Origin: Glaucostegus cemiculus
Lineage: Eukaryota
Direction: 5' to 3'
Assembly: GCA_976551045.1 (NCBI GenBank)
Contig: CDPCPM010000005.1
Span: forward strand, 22,816,001 to 22,880,000
Length of the DNA stretch: 64,000 nucleotides
The notes below the pieces were generated by a model. It was not told the DNA's origin. It searched no databases and saw only the letters and a list, made by a program, of their open reading frames with translations. Position 1 is the first letter of the stretch. The number at the start of each line of letters is the position of its first letter. Below, piece by piece: positions 52,576-64,000 of the stretch. The position numbers and the translations under genes were made by a program.

Positions 52576-53156
52576 CTATTGATCTTCAAGATCGGTTAAA
52601 TCCACAATGACTTTGATGAATAATGTGTCATCTTTTATAAATGTTCCTGTTTTCCCACCTTCAAGTACTGCGTGAGATACAAATCGTGGACACCCAGATG
52701 CAATATTCATTTCCGAAACCGGCCTTTTAAAACTGGTGCTGTTGGCGTCAGCCTTAAAGAGTTCTATTATGTGATGTTTTTTTGGGCCCTGGTCAAGAAG
52801 TGTAAGAGTGACCTTCTGTTTAAATGGCCACATCAACAGAGAGTCATACTCACCTTTCATAACAACAAAAAACAAAGATAAATGTGTTCCTTTGCCTGCT
52901 CCATCTCCATTTAAATATGCCCTAGCACAGAGCCTGTATCCACAGCGACTTGTGTAAAAGGGCTGGCTGAAAAGAGAAACAGCAGTTCCATCTGCTGCTT
53001 CCTGCTTTCTTCTTCTGTAATTGCAGATCTTCCAAATCAGTTTGCCATTGTAGCCAGCTGCTTCTAAAACTCGAAATCTTTCATTAGTCTTTTCCAGCAG
53101 CTTCTTATGAGCATTTAACAATAATTCATGTTGCTTCAGGCATGGCTCAAAAGAAA
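52576..53156 (-). CDS. TRAF5: TRAF5 terminal coding exon (TRAF-C/MATH domain)
   Basis: cactttag|TT. YNGKLIWK...FYTSRCGYRLCARAYLNGDG...WPFKQKVTL...MNIASGCPRFV...VDLTDLEDQ*. FYTSRCGYRLCAR and DLTDLED are TRAF5-type rather than TRAF3-type. Confidence 0.95.
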
Positions 53157-54636
53157 CTAAAGTGGGAAAAAAAATATGCACAATGTAATCAAGTTCAAGA
53201 CTCCAAGATGTTCGTGATTATCAAAATATTGTTAGCTATATTACAATATTACTTTAGATATTATGAACCATGTTTTGGAGAATTATTTGCACTGCATTGC
53301 CAACTTCAAAAGCAAAACAAGCTGGGTGTCAGTTCTGGTCATGCGTTACAAAATTGTAGATAATACTAGCTGGTGTTGCATTAGCGAGCTGGCAGAATTG
53401 AGAGGGTGGGGTAGTAGGACTGGGCGACTGAGTTGTCAGAAGCTAGAGTGGGAGCGTTGCAAATAATTTTTATAGGATAAGCAATACAGCTGTTATTCCT
53501 TATAACATTAATGATTCTGAAACAATCTGGTACTATATACAACACAAAGTCCACATTAGTATATGCTGATGTGTTTCTTCTAGGTAAGCACAGTCTTTAA
53601 ATAGACATCTAAAACATAAATTTTATGTGATCAAACTAATTAATTGTTCAGGGCCATCATGAATTTCTGTTCCTACAAAATTACATCATTAAGGGGTTCC
53701 AATTCTCTCTGAATACAATATGAAAGGGCCAAGAGAGAGAATTTAAAGGCCTTCAGTTCAGCGATTCAATGGATGTTGAAGGAACATAAAAATGTTCAGC
53801 TTCAGCTATCATTCAATTAGACAGTGAGTGTCTCCCAAATCACTTCCTCTGGTGGGGGAATCCAGAACTGCACAGCAGAATCCTGAAGAAATAGAGCTGG
53901 CCAGTTCAGAAGGAAACCAAATCAAGAAACACTTTTTCACACAGAAGATATTAGTCCTTCTCTCCCAAAAAAACTGTAGTTGTTACAAAAATTAAAATTT
54001 TCCAGATTTAGTCTGACAATTTTTTTGTTGGGTAAAGCGATGTACAGCAAAAGTGTGTGCAGTTAAACATTGTTCACAGCATTCAATGATTCAATGAGAA
54101 TTTGAGGCCCTTCAATATCTATACTGTGCAGTGTCAGAATTCACAGCACCCTTGAAGTTTTTGGACCATGCATTAATTGAATCCACTAAATTTGCTACAT
54201 TAGATGCCCACTTTAAGTACATGTAGTTACATTGAGAAATGCATCAGCATCTAGTATTGTGAAATCTTAATGTTAAAAAGCATATCCTGCTAAGTTGCTT
54301 CTAAATCATAAATATTATAAAGAAAGATGCCTGCACAATTAGCATTTTCTCTCAAACCAGGTATTTTGTGTTTTAGAACTGCTATTTGGAGTTAATCTAG
54401 GAGCAGACATGCTGTATTAAATATCTTCCTAATATTTTTATGGTCTTACTGAATATACCATGGACATAACTTTCCATTCTAAAGTATAATCCTCAATCCC
54501 TAATATCATTTTGGATGGATTTTCAGTAGTTTATATTTGGCCTGTAAATTGACAAAAATCTTGTCAAGTTTACACAAAAAGTAAATAAACTAAAATAAAA
54601 ATTAGGAAATAATCAAATTACGAATAGAGTACAGAC

Positions 54637-54805
54637 CCAATGATGCAATGTTATTTTCAGCACATTCCACCTTTTCCTTCAATACATGGATGACTTCCTT
54701 CAGCGTTGCTACTTCATTATTTCTTTCTTGATCTAATCTTCTGCAAAGTTGTTGTGAATGCTGCTCAATGGTTATTATTTTGTCAGCATGACCAGCTAGG
54801 ATTTT
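54637..54805 (-). CDS. TRAF5: TRAF5 coding exon (coiled coil, 169 nt)
   Basis: aaacag|AAA...TTG G|gtctgt. KILAGHADKIITIEQHSQQLCRRLDQERNNEVATLKEVIHVLKEKVECAENNIASL; phase 0 to 1 fits both neighbours. The donor is weak. Confidence 0.8.
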
Positions 54806-56976
54806 CTGTTTTAATATAAATTGTACAATAACAATCAAATTAGCTAGAATTATAAAAGGCAAAGAGTGTTGTTTAACTTTCATTGTTCAAACAGAACTAT
54901 GACTAATAGACACTGACACTTAATTATTTTAAAATATAAATATACACAAAATTATTTTAAAATATAATATGCTTTATGTATGAATAAACTTCAGGACCTT
55001 ATGATTCAAAGCAAACGTATTTCACTTAAGATTGCTTGAGTTATGGAGCAGACTATCAACCAGGGGAGTTTCCAGCTTTTGTTGTCTTAACATTTCCTAC
55101 AATGGAGTAAATGTAGATTTTTTCTTACATCTTTGCTATTTTGAAAGAGTAAAGTTAGATGCAAAAAAAAATTGCTGTGTCAAGCTCAGTTATTGCAACG
55201 ACTGAGAGATTACCATCTGTATTGCTGTGAGATAAATAATATATGTTAACTTAAAGTTTGCCAACTTGTTCAAATTAAAAAAAACACAAACATGAAAGTA
55301 AATGGGCAAATATATGTGGCTCCCGGTATTTTATGCCTGCTTTCCTTATTTGTTAAGCTGTTTTGGTGAAGAGTGGATAATGATGGTGAAGTATTGAGAA
55401 AGTAGAAACTATTGGTACCAGTAAGTTATGCACATGGAGTAGTTTAAAGTAGCAACAAGGTGCATGCTCTGAGATGCCACCACCTTTACCCCACAGAGGG
55501 CTGAGTCTCAACTGTTAGAGAATGCTAGGACTCTTGCCATTATATAGGGTAGCACTCACCAGTCATCTGGAGATTGGGTGACCATTGATCTGTGTTAGAA
55601 ATGTTTCTGCTCATTTGTGCCTCAGCTGTTCATCTTGCTGCAGATGAAGATACAAACCTAGACTAACAAGTCCCAGATCCAAATACTAGATGTTTAAGCC
55701 CAGATGGAACATGTAGGAAAGACAGAGTTGCCTTCTGTAATGAGGAGGCAGGCAGTGTTTCCTCTACCCCAAGAACTTGGAAGAGCAAGCCAAAATTAGC
55801 AGTTATAAAGATAAAGCAACTGCTTTCAGACAAATCTACCTTTATTCTTGTACAAGTTAAGGTGCCTTTTAAACTACATTCTTGTCACTTACATAACCCC
55901 ACACCCATCCTCCGAACAGCCACAAAGTAAAATGCTAAACAAATAGCAGTGCAACATTAGCACACAGTCCAGTAAGGACGAGCAGTTACAGCAACGTAAA
56001 ATCTGCTGATGTGAAGTCCTGCTCCAAAATGAAGGCTTTCGAATTTGGGAAAAGCTCTAATTTTCACTATAATTACTGGGTGATTTGGGTTGGGGAAGCA
56101 GAGAAAGGAACTTACATGATTGTCATCTACTTTCAAGCGTGGGACGTTGATAGATTCATAGAGTTATACAGAAATAGGCCTTTCAGTCCAACTTATCCAT
56201 GCTGACCAAGATGCCTATCTATACTAATCCCATTTGTCTGTGTTTGGCCCATATCCCCCTCAAACTTTTCTGTCCATGCACCTTTCCAAATGTCTTTTAT
56301 CAGCCTCTACCACTTCCTCTGGCAGCTTGTTCCACATACTCATCACCCTCTGTGTGAAAGACTTGACTCTCAGATCCCCTTTGTATCTTTCCCTTCTCAT
56401 CTTAAGCCTATCCCTCTAGTTTTAGAAAAGAAAGTCAAATCAATGTTTAAGACACTAGGCAACAGGAAAAGTTTAGTGATCTGAGAGGCAAATTTGCTTT
56501 AGGAAGCACTTTGAGAACACCCTTGAAAACCAGAATAGATTTAACATGGTTTTGGAAGCAGGGAATGAAATAAGCTGTATTTTTTCCAGCTAAGCCCTCA
56601 TTTTGTTCAATAAGATGCACAGAATGAAAGTGACAATATCATTTACTTTGACGTTGTAGGAACTCACCATCCCCTTCAAAACACGGATTCCTTTGTTCAC
56701 TGGTATATTCAAGAATAAGCAAGTTAGTCATCCAGGTACAGAGTTGCAGGATGACTTAAAATAATAACTCATATAGTGATTATTATACACTAAGCATAAT
56801 TTCATGCAATGTGTATATAAGGTTACACATCATAAAGGGACATTTTTTGACTAATCTAGAAACATTTATCCATTGCCTTTCAATAAAATATTACACCTAC
56901 ATAACAATACATTCATATTATACACCTTTCAAATGGTTATTTATAAAAATATAATAGATGCAGAGAAATTTTGTAC

Positions 56977-57117
56977 CTGTGTTTTTGCAACTTCATCATC
57001 ATTTTTAGAAATTAGCTCACTTAATTGTGCAACCTTAATGTCAAGTTTGTTGATTTGTTCTTCCAACTGAGTGATAATGTGGTTTCTTTCACATAATGTT
57101 TTTTGCAGATCAAATAT
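56977..57117 (-). CDS. TRAF5: TRAF5 coding exon (coiled coil, 141 nt)
   Basis: tcatag|ATA...CAG|gtacaa. IFDLQKTLCERNHIITQLEEQINKLDIKVAQLSELISKNDDEVAKTQ, with heptad pattern. Confidence 0.87.
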
Positions 57118-57864
57118 CTATGATTGAGAAATAAATGAAACATTTTGACAAGACTACAACAGGAAACACTAAAATTGCAAACTGTAGATCAACACTTAAT
57201 ATTTTAATAATAAAACATTTAACTTTTATCAATGCAAGTATACTATCTTAAAATAAAGTAGGTTACATTACTGAAGGAAAACTAGCTCCCACGTATGCTC
57301 TTCCTTACTAATAAACTTTGTAAAAATTGATTTCTCATAGCCTAGCTAAAGTTTTATGAGGCGATTTATGCCAGGCACCATCACCTAGGCAAACGATTTG
57401 TTAGCAGTAGTTCCTGCTGCATGTTCAGGGTACAAGAATGGGGTCTGATATTCTGAGAAGATCTTAAGTCAGACCATCGAAGAGCTGTGAGAAAGGGTTT
57501 ATTAGGAATGTCGGGAGAACTCCAAAGATCTGAAAACAGAGGATGCATTAGACAAGGAAGGTCTCAGTAACTGAGTGTAGTGGTGGCAATCCTGTGATCA
57601 GAGACCACCCAGTAGGCAGCGGAGAGCACTGAATTGAGGGTAATGAGAGTGGCTCTCGGAGGAATCATAGGGATTTGAGAGAGTATGAAAAGGAGTCGTG
57701 GGGCCAAGGATCTATAAAAATGGAGGAGTTCTGAGAATGGAAAACTCAAGATCTTCAAGTGTTGAGGAGGAATTCAGGATCAAAGGCAGGGCAGAGGATG
57801 GCATTTTCGGAGTTACTGGCATCGGTAGAATTAGTGTAAAAAAATGCCTTTCAAATAGAATTAC

Positions 57865-57957
57865 CTGTCCTTCCAATTTATCATTGTTTTTAACAACAAG
57901 CAATAAATGCTCGTTTAAACAAGAATGTTCATGTTCCTTGATCTTTCTCCGTTTTTC
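57865..57957 (-). CDS. TRAF5: TRAF5 coding exon (93 nt)
   Basis: ctacag|GAA...CAG|gtaatt. EKRRKIKEHEHSCLNEHLLLVVKNNDKLEGQ. Confidence 0.9.
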
Positions 57958-58041
57958 CTGTAGAAATAATGCCAAAATTACACATGGTTTTTATGATTTT
58001 CAGTGAATACTTATCATCTGACAATCAATATCCCTTCTTAC

Positions 58042-58116
58042 CCTGGCATGGCAACCATACTTCCTGTAGCTACATTCCACTTCAGCTTCAGGACAGATGG
58101 TCAGGTGTGCATCAAG
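58042..58116 (-). CDS. TRAF5: TRAF5 coding exon (zinc finger, 75 nt)
   Basis: atacag|CTT...AGG|gtaaga. LDAHLTICPEAEVECSYRKYGCHAR. Confidence 0.9.
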
Positions 58117-58589
58117 CTGTATAAAATAAAAACACAAACATTTTGTAAAACCAACCAGTGCATGCAAACTGTTAGAATTATCCAAAAATGTTACAAGGCA
58201 ATTTTTGTATAAAATAAGAGGGGCCTTCCTAATTGATAGGAACAATGTATTCTTCAGGATTTTTTAGGTATTTAAGATAAGAGAAATCCACTTTTGTGTT
58301 GCATGTGTTATTGTATGTTAGTTTTAAGTCTGTGACTTAGGTGTATCGGATAGGAACCTTCTTCTCACAAACGATTTTTGAAGAGATGTTTTTGTTCCTT
58401 TCTTGAGCTATCATGTGCCCTAAGACCATTCAATTTATTCCTTTGTGCTACTACTGTGTGATGGGAATTCCTGCCAAATATTTTGACATGGAACCATTTA
58501 GCCAAAAGTCTGTTAATTTTGTTGTGTCATCACTCTGCATGGATGGGACCCATTCTTCTGCACCATAGAGTCCCTCAACTATTTACCAA

Positions 58590-58850
58590 ACCTATTGCTG
58601 CCAGGGTCAAAGACGTCTCTGATCAGGCACAGCACATTTTGAGCAGGGGGTGGGGGGGGGGGGCACGGAGGGAGGTTGAGCCACCAGAGGTTGTGGTCCA
58701 TATTAGTACCAATGATATAGGCAGGAAGGGAGACAAATTCCTGCAGAGTGAATTTAGAGAGCTAGGTAGTAAGTTAAAAAAACGGCACTGTGGTTGTAAT
58801 CTCAGGATTACTACCCATGCCATGTGATGGTGAGGAAAGACATAGAAAGG
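58590..58850 (+). mobile_element. CR1 ORF1 (SGNH esterase-like) fragment
   Basis: PEVVVHISTNDIGRK...EFRELGSKLK resembles the VHxGTND esterase motif of CR1 ORF1. Confidence 0.65.
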
Positions 58851-60019
58851 TAGTGCGGTTCAAAATGGAGACTCCAAAGCCCCGGGAGTCCTGGCAAAAA
58901 AAAGTATCAAGCCAGGCACAGGTATCTATGATCAACACATGAGCATTATTGCCCCCGTTTCAAGTCTGAGTGACTTCTCAGAATAGAGAAGTATGAAGAA
59001 AGTCATGATTCAAAAACCTGACAAAATGAAATGTTATCAAAGTTGAGGCACAGGAAGTGCACACTACATGCAAGACTTTTACATTACCAACAAGCTTCCT
59101 GTCACTTTGATCATCATGACTCAGAGATGTGCTTAAATGTGATTGCTAAAATCATCAGAATGCAAGTGTGATAAATACAGAACTTTCAGTATGTTATTAT
59201 CAAGACTTTAAAAAAAAGCATGGAGAAGACTCAGGTGTATATGTTAAACTATGTTTTGTTTTTCCAGATCTACTACACCTCAAAGTTAACACAATGAAAT
59301 GCACTACATTTTTTTAAAAATAGTATGATCAGCCAAAGAAGCATTCCAAAAATCACCAATATCCTAAAGGAGAAATGAAAACAGAAAATACCGGAAACAC
59401 TCAGCAGGTCAGGCAGAATTAAAGTTTCATATCGAAGCTTTTGACCTGATTTTTTTCTATTTACATCAAAATTTGTCTGTTCTACTGAGTATTTCCAGTA
59501 TTTTCCATTTTTACTTTAGATTTCCAGCATTTCCTACAGAGTAAATCCTTCTTAGTGACATTGTTTTAGTTACTTATTAGAGGTTTTAGTGGTGGCACAG
59601 TGCCTCACAAGTCTAGCAACCTGGGGTTAATCCCGACCTCTGGTGTTGTATATGTGGAGTCTGCACATTCTACCCCTGGTGCTCTGGTTTCCTGACACAT
59701 CCCAAAGATATATGGACTAATTGTTAATTAGCCACTGTAACTTGCCATCAGCATATAGGTGAGTGTTAGAATCCAGGAGAGTCGTTGAGAACATGGGGAG
59801 AAACAAAAAGGGGCAAGCGTTAATGAGTGCTTGATGGTCAATATGAACGCAGTGGACATAAGGTCCTGATTGTGTGCTGTGAGGTTATCACTCTTCTGTG
59901 GCAGTAGTTAAATGTAATTGTGTATTCTGATAGTAAATTGGAACAGTTAGAAATATGGTAGTTAAATCAAAAATATTTCCACCAAAAGTGCTGTTTCTGT
60001 TATTTAAAATATTGCTCAC

Positions 60020-60097
60020 CTCGCTTCTCATAAAACTTTCACCACAATTGTTTGTGCAATGAATAGGATACTTCGGACAAGCAATGACTTCATGATC
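60020..60097 (-). CDS. TRAF5: TRAF5 coding exon (zinc finger, 78 nt)
   Basis: gttttag|GAT...GAG|gtgagc. DHEVIACPKYPIHCTNNCGESFMRSE. Confidence 0.9.
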
Positions 60098-61013
60098 CTA
60101 AAACAGAAAAGCATCAATCTGAACTGATCATGTGTTTTTAAATAAACTTACTTTAAGTAAATCGGAGGTCATCATGTGATTAGTTTCAGCTTTAGGCCTC
60201 ATTCTCACAAAAAAATAAGCAATCAATAGAAATTTAACATGTCCTCCCCTATATGAGCACTCTGTTCCCAGTGACAGTGCACTCCCCTATGTACAATCCA
60301 CATTATGATACTAAGCTATGATAGTGCAAGGTTGGATTTCTAGTTTATACCATATTAGCTGTATTGGCAAGATGCAATTGCCCTTGGAGCCCCTGAAGTA
60401 AGGAGGGAAAAACCTATCTTGGCATCCTTCTTTTATGTGTTATCGAACAACACTGCCAGAAAGGATAGATTTGTGTTCAGCTTTTTATGCTGGAGAACTC
60501 TTCCAGTGCTTACCATCTAAAAGAAAGTTTTGCCTGTATAAAGCATCTCTCATACCTTCAAGACATTTCAACTTGTTTTACAGTCAATTAATGACATTCC
60601 TTTGGTGGTTACTGTGCCTTTACGGATAACTCTATCTATAATTGAACACTAAGCATTGACCAAAACTGATGGGGGGCATCTCTGTTCTTTCTTGTGTCTT
60701 AGATCTTTTATATCAACCAAGAGGGAAATTAACCTTGGTTTTTAAGTCTCTTTGAAAAGGCAACTATATCTCTGGCAATTTACACTCTTTCAACACTGCA
60801 TCAGCCATGATTATGCATGCCATTCTTGGAGAAGGGCCTGAATCTCCTGATTCAGAGTTAAGTCCCTGATTCAAGGCTTACACAGGAGAATATAGACAGA
60901 TAAATGGAGAGATAAGTGCACAGCTGCATATTTGATGCTCTATGGCACAAAATTATGAAACACAAACATACTTGCCCCCCCTAAGAAATATTTAGTTTTG
61001 AATAGAACTTTAC

Positions 61014-61175
61014 CTTTATGTTTTTAAAGACTAAATTCACTTTGCAATATTGGCAGGCTTCTTCCCTATATTCACACACTGTTTGCAAATGATCAATTAA
61101 ATCTTTTCTTCGCAAGATAGCATCACAACCATTGACGCATGCTACAGTTTCAAATTGACATTTTTTAAGGTGATC
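61014..61175 (-). CDS. TRAF5: TRAF5 coding exon (TRAF zinc fingers, 162 nt)
   Basis: attttag|GAT...AAG|gtaaag. DHLKKCQFETVACVNGCDAILRRKDLIDHLQTVCEYREEACQYCKVNLVFKNIK. Confidence 0.92.
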
Positions 61176-62134
61176 CTAAAATAATAAAGAAAATAGTTTG
61201 TAAGCATGTCTTGAGATTTTGATTTGTTAAATAATTTAAGTGAAATGAGAGTTATCATTGTAGGCAAGTGACATCCTTTTTAATTTCAACATCCAGAGTC
61301 GTCAAATACTCCAAAGGTGCAAAGACTCAGAGGTACGTTATACGTTCTCTATTCTGCTTCAGTAGCATGCCTTAGTCCTGATCTTAAAACATTAAGGTGT
61401 ACAAAGAATGTTAAAGTTTAAGGCAATTTTTCTAGTTAGCAATAGGGTAGATAGTGTGGTGAGTGTTCTTGAGTAACTGAAGAGGTTTGGTGGAAACACA
61501 GCATCTCCTCCTAATCCTAAAGCAGAGTTAGTGAGGCTTTTACCTCACAGATTTATCCCTTCCCACCAGCTGTCAGCTGCCTCATATTCCAAGTCCTGGA
61601 AAAGCCAGCTGACTGTCATTAAAATGGAATGACTATAAAAATTAAGGCAGCCTTCATTATAATATTTAATTACAAACCCTCTTTACAGGATTGGCTGCCC
61701 ACCTTTCAGGCTGCTTCCATTAAAACTGGAAATGAGTGCCTTTGATGTGAGTACCATACCTGTTCCTAATGTTAAGTATTTTCAATTCTGAGAGGACTGC
61801 AGACCACTGAGGTTTCCCAGAGTTAAAATTTAACCTGCAGTCTCTCAAATTTATTTTCCAGTAAACAATTTCAATTTGCTGAATGTAGCAACATTTAAGA
61901 TCCTTTCTCAAATTTTACCAAATCATGACATATAGTAAAAATATAGAAACATACTGATGATCACAATTGTTAATGAATGTTTTCCATTTGAGAGAGATAT
62001 TAGTATGGTATTTGGATTATGAAGTACTTTTGAAACAAGTGGCAGAATCTTATTACTGTCTCCATACATGTGAAATAGTTAGAAGATCTGAAGCAACTTG
62101 TTAAAAATTATTGAAGCACTTCCACAGGACTTAC

Positions 62135-62236
62135 CCCTAAACGTCCAAATGATACTGTTACGTTGCAATCTGGAGCATTTTTACAGTATACCATCAAATT
62201 CCACACTTCCCTCTTGCAGCAGTTATCTCTAAATAT
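62135..62236 (-). CDS. TRAF5: TRAF5 coding exon (post-RING linker / zinc finger 1, 102 nt)
   Basis: ttgaaag|ATA...GGG|gtaagt. IFRDNCCKREVWNLMVYCKNAPDCNVTVSFGRLG, cf. human VFKDNCCKREVLNLYVYCSNAPGC. Confidence 0.92.
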
Positions 62237-64000
62237 CTTTCAAAAAATACATTTATTAAGTTAAGCTGCAAATACCCAAATATTCTTTTATAGCATTAGC
62301 TATGTAGAAGCAGTTAGTCTATGTAATTCCATGTAAATAACCATTTTCCACAGCAGCTACAGAGGTCATTCTGAATAAACATCATGTGTCCTTAGCTAAT
62401 CTCTGAATGCTTTATACAAAGACAAAATTATCAGTGTGGATCTCCAAGATTCAAACAGCTAAAATTTTGAGGAACATCACAAAGGACATGCTTTGCCCAT
62501 TCCAATGTGATTTTATCTGAAGGCACTCACTGACACATGGGTGACACAAATTAGGCAAGGAGAAGGGTGGAAGGGATTGGGGAGGGCAGTAGCAAGAAAG
62601 CCTATATTTGACATCTAAAGTCACAAATGAAGAATGGATTCTTTAGTATGGTACTATGTAAAACTCTGTTGAAAAACATCTATCCCTCAGCAGGAGTCGA
62701 TGTTACAATAATAGACTTCAAAGTAATTCACTGTATGTGATGCTATTGAAGATATTATTGAGAGTCGATTTAAGATGCTGGGTTAATGCTGGGGGTTTTC
62801 TCTTAAAACAGATTAGAAAAAAGTCAAAAAAGGTAATAATGAACAATGGCTGTACTTTTACATCATTACACAAAGCTATGATTAATGGATTTTATAATCT
62901 AAAAATGTAATGTTGGGCTTATACTGCAGGTACAATAATAAAGTGTGGAAGCTGGTCCAGCCCCCATAACTTCAACTCCTCAATTAAGCTATGCCTTAAA
63001 GCCTACCTCTTTCACCAAACTTTTGGCTACCCTTCCTCACAGCTCCTTCTTTGGTTTGACATCCATTTTCTTCCTTATGCCTCTGGGAAGCTCCTTAGGC
63101 CATTTTTTTCTATTCATTGAAAGGTATAATATGGTTGCACATTGTTTTTATTGTGAAGTCACATGATTTGCTTTTCTTTAATTTCATCCAAAGGAAATTT
63201 AATAATATTCTATCAAAAAAATCACTTTTGATTTAGGGTAAAGGACAGTGGGATGTAGAGTAATATTTCCAGGAAGAGCTTGGCCCACAGTGTGCAAATT
63301 TCTAATTTTTGGCTGATCCTTCATATTGAATTTATAAGACTAAAGAGCTCAGTTTCAAATAATGTACAGTCACTATAGTAAAATAACTCTTCTACATTAT
63401 TTTCTGTCTCATTTATTTATCCTCCCCATTCTCAGGTCTTTGCAAATCTTATTGTAGTACTAAATTGATGTCAAATTTACACTAGCATAAGCTTTATAAT
63501 TCAATCAATGTAATTAGACCGAGCCCCTTGTAAATGGGCAAGTTACACGCATGCTACCTTGCCTCTTGAAACCACTGTAATTGATTACAGATTTGACATT
63601 TCCCCAGCACAATACATACACATGTCTAGGAATGTTCAATGTCTCACAAGTATTGAGCATGCTTGTTTCTTTTAAGACTAGCAACACCCTTGTTTATTTG
63701 CATTTGTGGCATACATACAACCATTTTGCATTTGAGGAAACTCCAATAATGTTGCCAGAGGCAGCCTGAATGATGCCAGCAGCAATGGGATAATTATTAA
63801 ATAAAGTTTCACTTGAGATGATTTCAACATAATGGCATCATAAGGGACGTGCACCATGATCTTCCCTCCTGCTTCTCACAAGAATTACTACTTCCAGCCA
63901 GTGCAATACAGATCAGAGACTTATCATTACAAAACCAAACTATGACCTTCTATTCCTTGGCATCGTATACTAGTGTGAGGACACAATGAACAGCCAGCAT

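Noticed and set aside
63805-63870. Possible next upstream TRAF5 exon (RING C-terminal part)
   Set aside because: No frame gives the expected CPxD motif with valid splice sites. The RING exons probably lie beyond the window.

Overview
Eukaryotic vertebrate genomic DNA, most likely from a cartilaginous fish (inferred from abundant CR1 LINEs and V-SINE/HE1-like SINEs). It holds four intron-containing host genes, all hand-assembled from GT-AG exons. (1) The last three coding exons and 3' UTR of MARK1 (+). (2) A complete MRPL57/mL63 gene (+) with a CCAAT-rich CpG-island promoter flanked by two GC-skewed minisatellites. (3) A creatine-kinase-family gene (-) of seven coding exons with 381 open codons. 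(4) The last eight coding exons of TRAF5 (-). Introns carry many CR1 and Rex/Babar-type LINE fragments, some nested. The main observation is the CK-like gene. It keeps the exon sizes, length and C-terminal PAQK of cytosolic CKB/CKM and lies convergent to MARK1, as CKB does to MARK3 and CKM to MARK4. Yet many near-invariant active-site and creatine-specificity residues are replaced (I69K, R96Y, R132S, H191G, E231K, N286E, R320K, V325A, D326L). It is a candidate pseudo-enzyme or re-specified phosphagen kinase. Reference sequences and residue numbers are from recall, and no database search was run.
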